Program-made: the position numbers and the translations under genes | Notes under the pieces: model-generated | The model's database searches: none | Told to the model about the DNA's origin: nothing | What the model saw: the letters and a program-made list of their open reading frames with translations, nothing else | In this document: piece by piece, positions 1 to 10,734 of the stretch | How positions within the stretch are numbered: position 1 is the stretch's first letter | Layout: each line of letters opens with the position of its first letter | Assembly: GCF_018350175.1 (NCBI RefSeq) | Contig: NC_058373.1 | Coordinates: 105,092,001 to 105,156,000 of the forward strand | DNA: 64,000 nt | Direction of reading: 5' to 3' | Source: Felis catus | Taxonomy: Eukaryota

Positions 1-113
1 CCAGGCTCTGAACTGTTAGCACAGAGCCCAACGCGGGGCTCAAACTCACCAACCACAAGATCATGACCCGAGCTGAAGTCAGATGCTTAACCAATTGAGC
101 CATCCAGGCACCC
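1..113 (-). mobile_element. CAN-SINE, partial at window edge
   Basis: Reverse complement of the GGGGTGCCTGGATGGCTCA head. Confidence 0.9.
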
Positions 114-427
114 CTCCCTAAACTACTTTTAAAAGCTATGGTTCTAATGGGGACATGGTGAAGGCCTAAATCCCATGCAGGTAGCTCCAATCACTTATTT
201 TGAAAAATAAAAGGTACCAAAGTTAAGGGATTAATAAAAAGCAATGAAAACACACACAAAACCACGTATTTGTTACAAATTAAAAATGCTGAAAACTTAT
301 GCACAAATGTTTCTAAATGTATTACTTTTTCCTCAATTTGTAAACAGATTATGTCTTGTAACTCAAAGCTAGCAATATGATGGGAAGAGTTTTAAATACC
401 TAATTATTTAAATGAGATCAAAGACAG

Positions 428-598
428 CTTTTTTTTTTTTAAGTTTATTTTTATTAAGCGGGGGTGGGGCAGGGACAGAGGGAGAACCCCAAGCAGGCTC
501 CCTGCTCTTAGCGTGAAGCCCGACAAGAATCGTGAGATCATGACGGGAGCCAATAATCAAGAGTCTGATGCTTGACTAACTAAGCCACCCAGGCACCC
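428..598 (-). mobile_element. CAN-SINE
   Basis: Poly-T tail, then reverse-complement body and head. Confidence 0.88.
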
Positions 599-1188
599 TA
601 AGGAGAGTCCTGATATATATAGTGAAGTGGCTCAAATTTCATAACCTCATATATTATCCCAAATGGATTAAGTTTTATAAAAACTGATTAAAAAGGCTAA
701 TCAGAAACAAAGAGGGAAAAAATTGAGTACTGTGATTGATACAGAACTATTATTTAAAAAGCCTGTTTTTTCTAAGACAAAATAACAACTTTTTCCTTGG
801 TAAGTAGCAGAAAACATTTTTTAAAACCCTAAGAAAAAAAGGGCAGAGACAGCAAGGGAGATTAACTGATAAAAGTAAGCTCTTTCTCTTGAAGAACACT
901 CAAAAATTAGCCTATTACATGTTTTGACATTTCTCATTGTTAAAGCCCTTCCTTACACTGAGCACTTTAATTTCATCTGTTGAAATAAAAGTGGTTTCCG
1001 AAAACAAGACAATTAACATCTTTACTTAGATTTTAGATATTTAAAGAATCTTGGCTAAACATTCATGTTCCACATACATCTGTTACTTCTCTGTATTTTG
1101 TTAAAGTTAAAAGAAAACACACAAAATTTAGTCCACTGGGAAAGAGGAGGGAAAAATATTTCACCCCATACATTTGAACAATTTAATG

Positions 1189-1370
1189 GACACTGGGATG
1201 GCTCAGTTGGGTAAACAACTGACTCTTGATTTCGGCTCAGGTCATGATCTCACAGTTTGAGATCGAGCCCCAAGTCAGGCTCTGTGCTGACAGCGTGGAG
1301 CCTGCTTGGGATTCTCTTTCCCTCTCCCTGGTTCTCTCTCTCAAAATAAATGAATAAACATTAAAAAAAA
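1189..1370 (+). mobile_element. CAN-SINE
   Basis: tRNA-derived head, CT tract, AATAAA and A tail. Confidence 0.88.
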
Positions 1371-1522
1371 TGTAAAAGCATACGTGTATTTTTGTAAGAT
1401 GCTACCTTAAAACTATTTTTTTTCAATAATGAAGAACTTCTCCTTTAGTATGCAAATCATTTGATTTCCCTGCACTTATTTTACTTATTAATTCACTTTA
1501 ATTTTTCATTTCAAGTTGTACT

Positions 1523-1875
1523 TTTTTTTAAAGTTCACTTACTTATGTAAGTAATCTCTATACCCAATGTGGGGCTCAAACTCAGCACCCCAAGATCAAG
1601 AGTTGAATGCTCTTCTGAGCCAGCCAAGTTGTACTTCAAAAATCAGAAGTAAGAAAGCCTTGATATGGGCGCCTGCGTGGCTCAGTGGGTTAAGTGTCTG
1701 GCTCTTGATTTTGGCTCAGGTCATGATCCCACAGTTCGTGAGTTTGAGGCCCACCTCAGGCTCCATGCTGATAACATGGAGCCTGCTTAGGATTCTTTCC
1801 CCATCTCTCTACCTCTCTCCCACTCAAGCTGATGCTCTCTTTCAAAACAAAAACAAACTTAAAAAAAAAAGAAAC
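1523..1875. mobile_element. Two CAN-SINEs (~1523-1628 minus, ~1666-1875 plus)
   Basis: SINE consensus motifs; together they generate spurious ORF 1567..1935. Confidence 0.85.
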
Positions 1876-3009
1876 AAAGACTTGATAAAACCACTAAAAT
1901 CTAATAGAAGAATGGAATTAGAAATCAAAATATAAAAAACAATGTAAGGTCCAGCATATGCCTTGTCCCAATTAGGGCTTCAGAGGCACTTTGATAAAAG
2001 AAGAATAAATGCTTACCAGACATTTCAAGCTCTAACTAGCATGTTTAAAACTGATTTCATTTTCCTTACACATCAGTGTCTTTTTCTGATCTACAAAACT
2101 TGTTAATGGTATGAACTATTCCCTGTTCTTTAAAATTTTGAGTGTTTTTTCTTCTTTACTGCTACAATCAAGTAGAGATCAAATACTGTCAACTCTTTTT
2201 TCCCCTCAAATTTCTTGCTCACTTATTCCTTCCCCTCTCTCCGTCTGACTCTAGTTTCATGCATGCAGATGTATTGCAAAAATATCTTGTCTCCCTACCT
2301 CCAATTCCTGTGTCATTTCTTCAGTCACACTGGACACTGTTTCCAAGTGACTTCCAAATAGTACATTTTGTGTACATCATATCCCTCTGTGCCTATTCAA
2401 AAACCCTCAACAAAAATAACTAAAATTGAAAAAGAAATCTGTAAGGAAAAATATCTGCAGCCAATTACTACTAAATATTATATAAAAAACTCAAAGAAAT
2501 AAAACATCAAGACTCTCACATAAATGGACAGAGATCTTAAACAGAGAACTTGTCTAGTACCAAGAATCACTTGAAATTGCAGAAAAAGGTCCTAATTCAG
2601 TAGTTAACAACAAAAATATTACAAGGAAAAGGAGAGCTCGACATATTTTGCACTTATCAAATTAGCAAAAGTGATTATAATTATATACTACCCAATTCAG
2701 GTAGCTAATGTCACAGAGAGGGTGACAATCAATCCTGAAACAATGGTCCAAAAGACTGAAAATATCGTATGCACATAGATGATAAATGCAGAATACTGAA
2801 AAACCTGAAACCTAAATGGTCAAGAAATACAAAAATGAAGTTGAAGATAAAACAGTTTGATGGATTGTTTTCACACATCAAAATTATAATGGGTACTGTG
2901 TGGTCACACTGAACGCTTATTACAACGTTAAAGGAACAAAAAAAAAGTAAAAATTAATAATAAAGAAAAATATGCATAAGGACAAGGACATTTAAAAAAT
3001 CTAATGTTA

Positions 3010-3218
3010 GGGGCACCTGGGTGGCTCAGCTGGTTAAGTGTCTGACTTTGGCTCAGGTCATGACCTCAAAGTTTCTGAGTTTGAGCTCTGCCATCAGGCT
3101 CTGTGCTGCTGGTGTAGAGCCTGCTTGGGATTCTCACCATCTCCTCTCTCTGCCCCTCCCCCACTTGCCTTTTCACGCTCTCTCTCAAATTAAACAAACT
3201 TAAAAAATAAAAAAACAA
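3010..3218 (+). mobile_element. CAN-SINE
   Basis: GGGGCACCTGGGTGGCTCAG head and A tail. Confidence 0.9.
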
Positions 3219-3661
3219 ACCAATGTTATCAGAGTGGGATTAAAAGAGATGAGTTTAGTTGCATTGTGATTTATTAAAATGTGAGACTAAAACAAAATAA
3301 TTTTTATTTTCTGCTCACATCCCAGCTTTCAAAGCCCTCACAAGGTTCCCAAACCAGTATAGAGGACAAGCACCCCACATAATCGATGTGAAGCTAATTC
3401 TAGAAATGTTGACAAGCTGACCTCATGCAATTTTTCCAATGTAATCTTTAGTCATTCATCCTCTCCGAAATGGTTTATTCACTTCCCCAAACATAACTTT
3501 CTTTATATAATTACGTTCTTAATCACCATTTTCCACCCACTAAGAAAGTCCGAGATCTTCCTTTCTTCTAATTTTACAAATGATCTCTCACTAACCCTGA
3601 AAAGCCTTCAATGATCACTAAACAAATTTCTTTTCATTCTGCATTATAAAACAATTTGTAT

Positions 3662-3878
3662 TTTATTTTTTTTAAATATTTTTATTATTTTTGAGACAGA
3701 GAGAGACAGGGCATGAGCAGGGGAGGGGCAGAGAGAGGGGGGCACACAGAATCCGAAGCAGGCTCCACACTCCGAGTCGTCAACACAGAGCCCAATGCGG
3801 GGCTTGAACTCACGAACCGTGAGATCATGACCTGGGCTGAAGTCGGACACTTAACCAACTGAGGCACCCAGGCACCCC
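3662..3878 (-). mobile_element. CAN-SINE with TSD AACAATTTGTATTTT
   Basis: Full consensus plus target-site duplication. Confidence 0.92.
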
Positions 3879-4704
3879 AACAATTTGTATTTTAAAAAAC
3901 AATTAAATCTCAACCATATACTGAACTTTGATAAATTATCTTGTAAGCCATGATTTAAATCTTTAAAAACTTTCCTGCACTGATTGAATCTTTTGCAATA
4001 ACTCCATTAACTTTCCACATGTTTAATTATATTCTTTCTTTTATTAATAGTAAGCTCCTTTAGCATAGATCCTTGCCATGTAGGAACATAAGCAGATCCC
4101 TAGATCAGCGTGTACCCAAATCCTAAAATATGCCTTCACTCTAGTCTAAATTATGGGTGAAAACACCCAGTAATCTATGCCTCCACACGGCCATAAAATC
4201 AGCAGTGACTACCAATAGAGCAAAAGACCACACAGGGATTGCAAAGATAGCTTTGTTACAAAAAAGCAAATTATGTAACTTTGCAAAAAACAACAAAACC
4301 ATTAGCAAAGCAGGTATGTTCAACACAGCAATCAATCTGTTCTACTTCTCAACATAGACATTTATAGAAACTGTACAGTGAAACAAATTGCATCATTTTT
4401 CAAGATACACACATATGTAACATATGTATATAACATACTAACCGCTGATCTTAATTACTAAATAAAAGACAAGTAAAACTACATACCAGAAACAGAATTT
4501 TCAACAGTAGATCCAGGTCTTTTAAAACTGGAACATCTTCCTTCATTTTCCCACAAAATGAGGTTTATTCTAAAAAACAAAGACTTCCTTTAGTTTTGAG
4601 TATGCCACAATCCTCAGAACATAGTCTATTTAATAATCTTAAAAAACAACGAAGGAAAAATTTCACTTCTAAACACTTTCACTGATGAGATCTCTGTCAC
4701 CTAT

Positions 4705-4937
4705 TTTATTTTTATTTTATTTTTATTTTTTTTTCAACATTTATTTATTTTTGGGACAGAGAGAGACAGAGCATGAACGGGGGAGGGGCAGAGAGAGAGG
4801 GAGACACAGAATCGGAAACAGGCTCCAGGCTCTGAGCCATCAGCCCAGAGCCTGACGCGGGGCTCGAACTCACGGACCGCAAGATCGTGACCTGGCTGAA
4901 GTCGGACGCTTAACCAACTGCGCCACCCAGGCGCCCC
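4705..4937 (-). mobile_element. Young felid SINE (SINEC_Fc-type), TSD TCTGTCACCTATTT
   Basis: CpG-intact body; TSD at 4693-4706 and 4938-4951. Confidence 0.93.
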
Positions 4938-6945
4938 TCTGTCACCTATTTTAACATGGGCTCAAAAAAATCATGCATATGTTCAGAGTGTTCCATCATT
5001 AAAAATCCAGAAATGGGAACCACATAAATGGGTAAACAAATCCACTGGAATGTTCTAATTTGGGGATTTCAGTGTAAAATACTACCTCAAGAAGCTAATT
5101 ATAAAGCCTCGTTTGAAGCCTTGCCCAAATAAATAAAACATTCTGCCTTCAAAATAGCTTTTTATCCCAGAAACACTATTAAAAATTTTTGTGATTTTGT
5201 TTTTGTAAGGAACATTATTCTAATAGTTTGGACTCAATGGTTACAAAAAAAAAACAAATCAATCATAATTAATTTTTCTCATTAATACCTACGAGATGGT
5301 CTAGTGACTTTTCAGTTAATATTCATCTACAGTCACCTCCCATTAAGAGATCATAATGCCCTTAAGATTCCAACTGGGCTCTCTAAATCTATGTTGTGTT
5401 AGCAATTACAAATCAATTCAATATGAAAACAAGTATTTGGATCATTAAAACAATTTTGAAGGCTAATACAGCATCTGTGGCACATTACAAGTTCTTAGAA
5501 GAGTATTACTGTTAAAGAAAACATTAAGCTGGTTTATTTCATATACTTTACCAAAGCACATACAGGTTCGTAAAAAAGACTGACAGAACACCTATCATGT
5601 GTCAAGCAGGGAAACGTAACAGCGACTAAAAGCTCAGTTGCTGCCCTCTGGGAATGGAGTCTCAAACTAGGGAAGAGCCTAAGAACTGCACAGCAGACGT
5701 GATGAGAGACATATAAAGGTTCCTGTGAGGGTAAAAAAGCACACAGAAAATGCCCCTAAAGATGGAAAACTTTAAGGAAGGCTTCGAGGAAACATAAAAT
5801 AAACTATACCATAAAAACAGTAGTTTTTAGTATCCTCTAAATGTCACTTCTGTGCAGCAAAATGTTCCACTATACAAACGCCTACCTATTTGAGAGTGAA
5901 AAATAAATTAGTTTTAAAAATATCACTTGTAAGGTCCCATAAAAATTCTTAAACTTATTTCAAAAATTATAATTCTACTTGAATAAAAGACCCGAGAGAA
6001 AATTTAAAAAATAAAGTGAAAAAGAAATCCACAACAAAACAAAAACTGAGGGAAAAAATAAACGGAAAAAGAACAACAAAAAATGTAAGTACAGTAAAAG
6101 CAAAGCTTTCTGATGGGCAGCTGTACAAAGCCTTAAATGCACAATCCTTTTAGCTTATTCCCATTTCTAGGGATTTATTCCAAATAACCAGGAATGTAAA
6201 GAAAGATCTAGATGCCTAAAAATTTTAGCCACAGACGTCCATTCTCAGACAAAATCTTTTCTAAAACATGCACCAAGATACCAATTCTATCACTGCTGTT
6301 ATAGAAAAATTAAAATATCATCCAATTATGTAAATTATACCTATCCTACAGAAGACTATGCAACTATGAAAAGTGCTTTATGGGCAAAATATTTCCCATG
6401 TTCCTAGTTTTTCCTATAAAGAAAAAAATGAGTGACAAGATAACCAAGACTAAAATGACCTTTACTTTATAAAACAACACTGATGAAAAATAAAGACCCC
6501 TCTGTGTCACACAGAATTACAACATAAACTATAATTGCCTTTTGGTGGAAGAAATACAAGAGACTGGTCTTTTCTTCTTTAGGCTTTTTAGTAATTTCCA
6601 AATGCCCACTGACATGCATTATTTGGATCAGATAGTATAAGCTGGTAGTAGAATTATAGATGATTACTCCCTGGGAAGTTTAGCAGTATTATGTCATTTT
6701 ATAATTTTCTTAAGGAAAAAAAAACAATCACTTCTAAACTTCTACTAACGTATTTTTTCTATATGCCAAATTTTTAAGTAAGAAACAAAAACATGAAAAT
6801 GTTCATATTATTCTATGACAAAAATATTAAGTACTCAAAAAAATCCAGAAATGGGAACTACACAAATGGGTAAATAAATTCATAAACATGTACTAATTTT
6901 GAGATTTCATTCTACAGTATCACATCAGGAAGCTAATTATACAGA

Positions 6946-7169
6946 TTTATTTATTTGTTTTGTTTTGTTTTTTTTTTTTTTGAGACACAGAGAGACAGAG
7001 CATGAGCAAGGGAGGGGCAGAGAGAGAGGAGGAGACACAGAATCCAAAGCAGGCTCCAGGCTCTGAGCTGTCGGCACAGAGCCCAACGCGGGGCTCAAAC
7101 TCACGGACCGTCAGATCATGACTAGAGCTGAAGTGGGGCGCTTAACTGACTGAGCCACCCAGGCGCCCC
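6946..7169 (-). mobile_element. CAN-SINE
   Basis: Full-length; TSD-like TACAGATT on both sides. Confidence 0.92.
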
Positions 7170-7195
7170 TACAGATTCATTTAAACCCCTGGTCA

Positions 7196-7415
7196 GGGGC
7201 GCCTGGGTGGCGCAGTCGGTTGATCGTCCGACTTTGGCTCAGGTCACGATCTCGCGATCCGTGAGTTCGAGCCCCGCGTCGGGCTCTGGACTGATGGCTC
7301 AGAGCCTGGAGCCTGTTTCCGATTCTGTGTCTCCCTCTCTCTCTGCCCCTCCCCCGTTCATGCTCTGTCTCTCTCTGTCCCAAAAATAAATAAACGTTGA
7401 AAAAAAAAATTTTTT
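7196..7415 (+). mobile_element. Young felid SINE (SINEC_Fc-type), TSD TTAAACCCCTGGTCA
   Basis: TSD at 7181-7195 and 7416-7430. Confidence 0.93.
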
Positions 7416-7713
7416 TTAAACCCCTGGTCAAACCAAACTTCTTTCAACCACCATTCTTCCTTTTTGTATTTATGGCTTTATTGGCAGACAACAGTGGTCT
7501 GTAAAATTTTAAGTCTACCCATTCTAAAGATTATTCACAGAAATTAAAACTTACCTCAGTAATACTTTAGGATATGACACTGAGAGATTTTGGTTTTCTT
7601 CAGACCACCTGCCAAAAAAAAATCCACAATAAATGATTAAATCATACAGCCATTTTCTAGGCTGGATCCCCACCGATGCAGCAGTAACAAAGGTACTACA
7701 AGACTTAAGTTTA

Positions 7714-7939
7714 ATTTTTTTTAAAGTTTGTTTTCATTTATTTGGAGAGAGAGAGAGAGAGAGCACAAGTAGGGGAGGAACAGAGAGAGAGGGAGAGAGA
7801 GAGTGAGAGAGAATCCCAAGCAGGCTCCCTGCTGTCAACGCAAAGCCCAAGTGGGGCTGGAACTCAGGAACTATGAGATCAGAACCTGAGCGGAAATCAA
7901 AAGTCGGAGGCTTAACCGACTGGGCCACCCGGGCGCCCC
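7714..7939 (-). mobile_element. CAN-SINE
   Basis: Consensus match. Confidence 0.9.
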
Positions 7940-9118
7940 TAACGAAAATAAGTTTAAACAGCTACCTAGACCAGCATAACTAGGTCACTCAAAAACAGCT
8001 ACACTCCATTTTCTTAGTAAGTAATTTTGAGAAAAATCACTGCAGTGATCACTGCAAAAATCTAGTTAGGTATTAATTTTGAATAAACGTAGTGTGGATT
8101 ATCGACGATATTTCACATTTCCTTATTTCATTCTTTAGAACTTGCCAATTAATACTCCATTTCCACCATTTCAAATGTGTTTTAACAGAACACAAAGATT
8201 CTGCTAACAGAACAAAATCAATAGCTGCCCTGAACAAAGTCCTATCGGGGAGGTCTTCTTATTTAAAGTGTTTTCAGTCCCTACAAAACCATTACTGTTT
8301 CCTTTTTAAAAAGTAGCACAGGCTTTGTGCTAAGCGGCAGAGCCGCCTGAGGTTAGAGTAGCAGGGTCTGGGCCAGCTGGTGGATTCCACAACCCGCTGC
8401 TTTCTGCAGCTTCCTCAAAGCTTAATCGCGCGAGGAGCACGCGGAAACCTCTCTCCCGACTCAGCTAGGTCTAAGCACCTTGCCTTCCCCGTGTTAATTA
8501 ATGAGGCGCCCACAGAGCTGGCACTTGGGTAGGGAATATGACAAGTTCGCGAAACGCACTTCCAAAGGGAGGAAGAACTGATCGGAGAGGAGAATCCAGA
8601 AAATCTCTCGAGAGGGGTGCCAAGGATCAGCCAGGAGAAAGAGACGTGCACGTCCCCTCCGCCCCTTTCTCTCGCGCGGCGGGAGAGGAGGCCTCGCCCC
8701 CTTTCATCCCGCCCCCTGCTCCCCACCCCGCCGCAGGGAGAACTTACTTTGCCATGGCCGCCGCGCGGCCCGTCCACTTCCGGTGCCGGTGCCGCTAAAG
8801 CTGCGCCATCCCCTAGTCACTCGGACAGCCACAGCTTCCAACCGACCTTTTGACAGGTTCGCGACTCCTCCGACCTTCACAAGGTGCTGTCCTGGAGTGA
8901 ACCGTGGATAGGTGCCGCACTAAAATGAATCTACAGGATACACAGTCGGCTCTCGTCTCGCCAGAAACGTAAAATGCGATAGAGCTGCGACCACCGCCGC
9001 TCAGACAAAATGGCGCCGAGAAGCCGGTTTAGCGCAGGCGCCTTAGAAAGACCCTGCCCCGCCCCCGTGCAAATGCTGGCCGCAGCTCCGGGTTCGGTTT
9101 CCATGGGACACTTCGCCG

Positions 9119-9397
9119 CCAATCCTCGTGCCGAACTGCTCTTCCTGACCCTTCAATTTACCAATCAGTGCTCAGTCATGCACATCCGGAGTCGTCTCAA
9201 CCAATCATTTTTCAGAACCTGCTTACTCAATACCCAATTCTCCAGTAACGTTAGCCTTCGGAGACAGCCAATCATAAGTGGAAGATGTCCTACCTGCTGT
9301 TTTTCGCACCAATCCGTGAAGTTTCTTAGCTACATCCAATGAGGACGGCAGGTAGCGAGCTCCAATCCAAAGCTCTTCGGCGTCATGAGCAGCCAAT
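9119..9397 (+). promoter_or_regulatory. Array of nine same-strand CCAAT boxes (candidate NF-Y sites)
   Basis: CCAAT starts at 9119, 9161, 9201, 9234, 9268, 9309, 9336, 9362 and 9393; several are in RRCCAATSR-like context. Confidence 0.85.
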
Positions 9398-9414
9398 AGG
9401 AGTTCGTGTAGAAG

Positions 9415-9593
9415 CGAGTCTGCTCAACAGCTTGTTATTTGGTGGATTGTGGCAGTAAATCGGGCGAGTGGGGAACCGGGCGCAGGACCTGCCGCCGCGG
9501 CCGGGAGTGGTGCTGCCCGGACGGGGGCCCACGGGGGTCAGTGGGGCGGAGGACTCGGAAGCTGACAGCGCGCACTTCACCCGCAGTTAGTAG
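9415..9593 (+). other. ARID4A: Probable non-coding first exon of ARID4A (start approximate)
   Basis: Lies just downstream of the CCAAT array and ends at donor TAG|GTGAGG (9593/9594). The TSS cannot be read from sequence, and other donors exist in the island. Confidence 0.45.
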
Positions 9594-10728
9594 GTGAGGA
9601 GAAGGGAAGTGGGGGATACTGAGTGGACTAAGCGACAGTAGCAGCTCGTGCTGCTAGCAGCCCGGGGTCCCGGTGCAGTTGGAAGCTTCGCAGGTGGGGA
9701 GGGGGTGCTGGGCAAGCGGTGCGGCGAGCGCAGGGGAAGGGGCAGGTCGTGGAGCCGCGGCAGCAACTGCAGGAACCGCCGCCGCAGCCTCCTCCTCGGC
9801 TGCTTCCCTGGGAAAATGGCTGTGGGGCTGGCCGCGCCGCTAAGTTTGCTTCCGTGCGATGAGAAGCGGGCTGCTTGGGGGAGCCGGCCCCCAACTCCGC
9901 AGCGCGTCCTCTCCTGTGCAGTCTGTGGCTGGACCCGAGGGGCCAGGGGCAGGTACCACTCTGGGCTGTACAAAAAGTTGAGGCGGGCGCGGGGAGGAGG
10001 CGGCGGCTGCCGCTGTGCGGCTCCCCTCCCCTCCCACACCCTCTCCGGGCCACCTCCCTCCTCCTCTCCGCCCCCCCCCCCAAGCCCCCTCCCTCGCGCC
10101 CGTCTCCCCTCTCTCTCGCGCCTCCGGGCTGAAGGCCGCGGCCCCTGCCCCATCGGTGAAGAAGCGCTTCTCCTTTCTGACATGGTGCAGAGCGGAGGAA
10201 GGAGAGCAATGGCGCCGTGACACTCCGCTGCCGCCACCGCGGGCCCGGGGCGGGCCGAGGGGGCCGAGCGGCGGAGGCGGGGCGCGGGCCGAAGTCGGGG
10301 TATCAGGGGGGCGGCCGCGCGAAAGCTCGGCTACCGCGCCTGGGGGGAACCTGGAGAAGCCCAAACGGCGCCCTGCTCTTTTCCAGAGCGCTCCGACCTG
10401 GGGCTCCGAGTTGAGCATTCCGGGTCAAAGTGGCGAGCGAGGCGGGGGCGCGGTGGGCCGCTGGCGAACTCCGGGGAGGAACGGGTTGCCCTTTGGCGCC
10501 CGAGGGGTTCTCGCCGTTTCCTCAGCTCCTGCGTCCTGGCTGCCCTCCGGGGGATCGGCTCCCTTCGCTGGTTAGGGTTCTGCCCCTCCCCGCTGGCGTT
10601 TGTTTACTTTCTTTCCTTGGGTCGCTCCCCTCTGTTGACTGATTCTGTGCCTGTCTTTCCCCTCCCCATGATTCTAGCGACGGAGAAGATAGCTCGCTGA
10701 GCTGGAACCCCACAGATCGCCAGTGAAA

Positions 10729-10734
10729 ATGAAG
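10729..10734 (+). CDS. ARID4A: ARID4A exon 2 coding part (MK); 5'UTR part probably from 10678
   Basis: aaaATGAAG|gtaagt joins the next exon to give [10 protein letters not shown]..., the ARID4A N-terminus. Confidence 0.93.

Larger units (their letters stand above)
2017..8860 (-). ncRNA. Divergent spliced transcript, positional equivalent of PSMA3-AS1; predicted exons ~8860-8748, 7608-7555, 4569-4487, 2090-2017; continues leftward
   Basis: Minus-strand donors AAA|GTAAGT, GAG|GTAAGT, CTG|GTATGT, CTG|GTAAGC. Acceptors T-run-GGCAG, TTTGTTTTTTAG, TTTTGTAG. Human ARID4A has PSMA3-AS1 head-to-head (recalled). The 5' end is approximate. Confidence 0.6.

Noticed and set aside
957..976. Possible 20-nt minus-strand exon (TTTCAACAG|...|GTAAGG)
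   Set aside because: Too short and weakly supported to add to the antisense model without RNA data.
5080..5089. TGAGGTAGTA on the minus strand, identical to the let-7 5' end
   Set aside because: Only 10 nt match, no pre-miRNA hairpin evident, and not kept in the duplicate copy near 6920.
5002..5130. Duplicated intronic segment as a snoRNA
   Set aside because: No convincing C/D or H/ACA box arrangement shared by both copies, and one copy is disrupted by SINEs.
8037..8056. Overlapping palindromes around TGCAGTGATCACTGCA
   Set aside because: Short and isolated, with no functional context.
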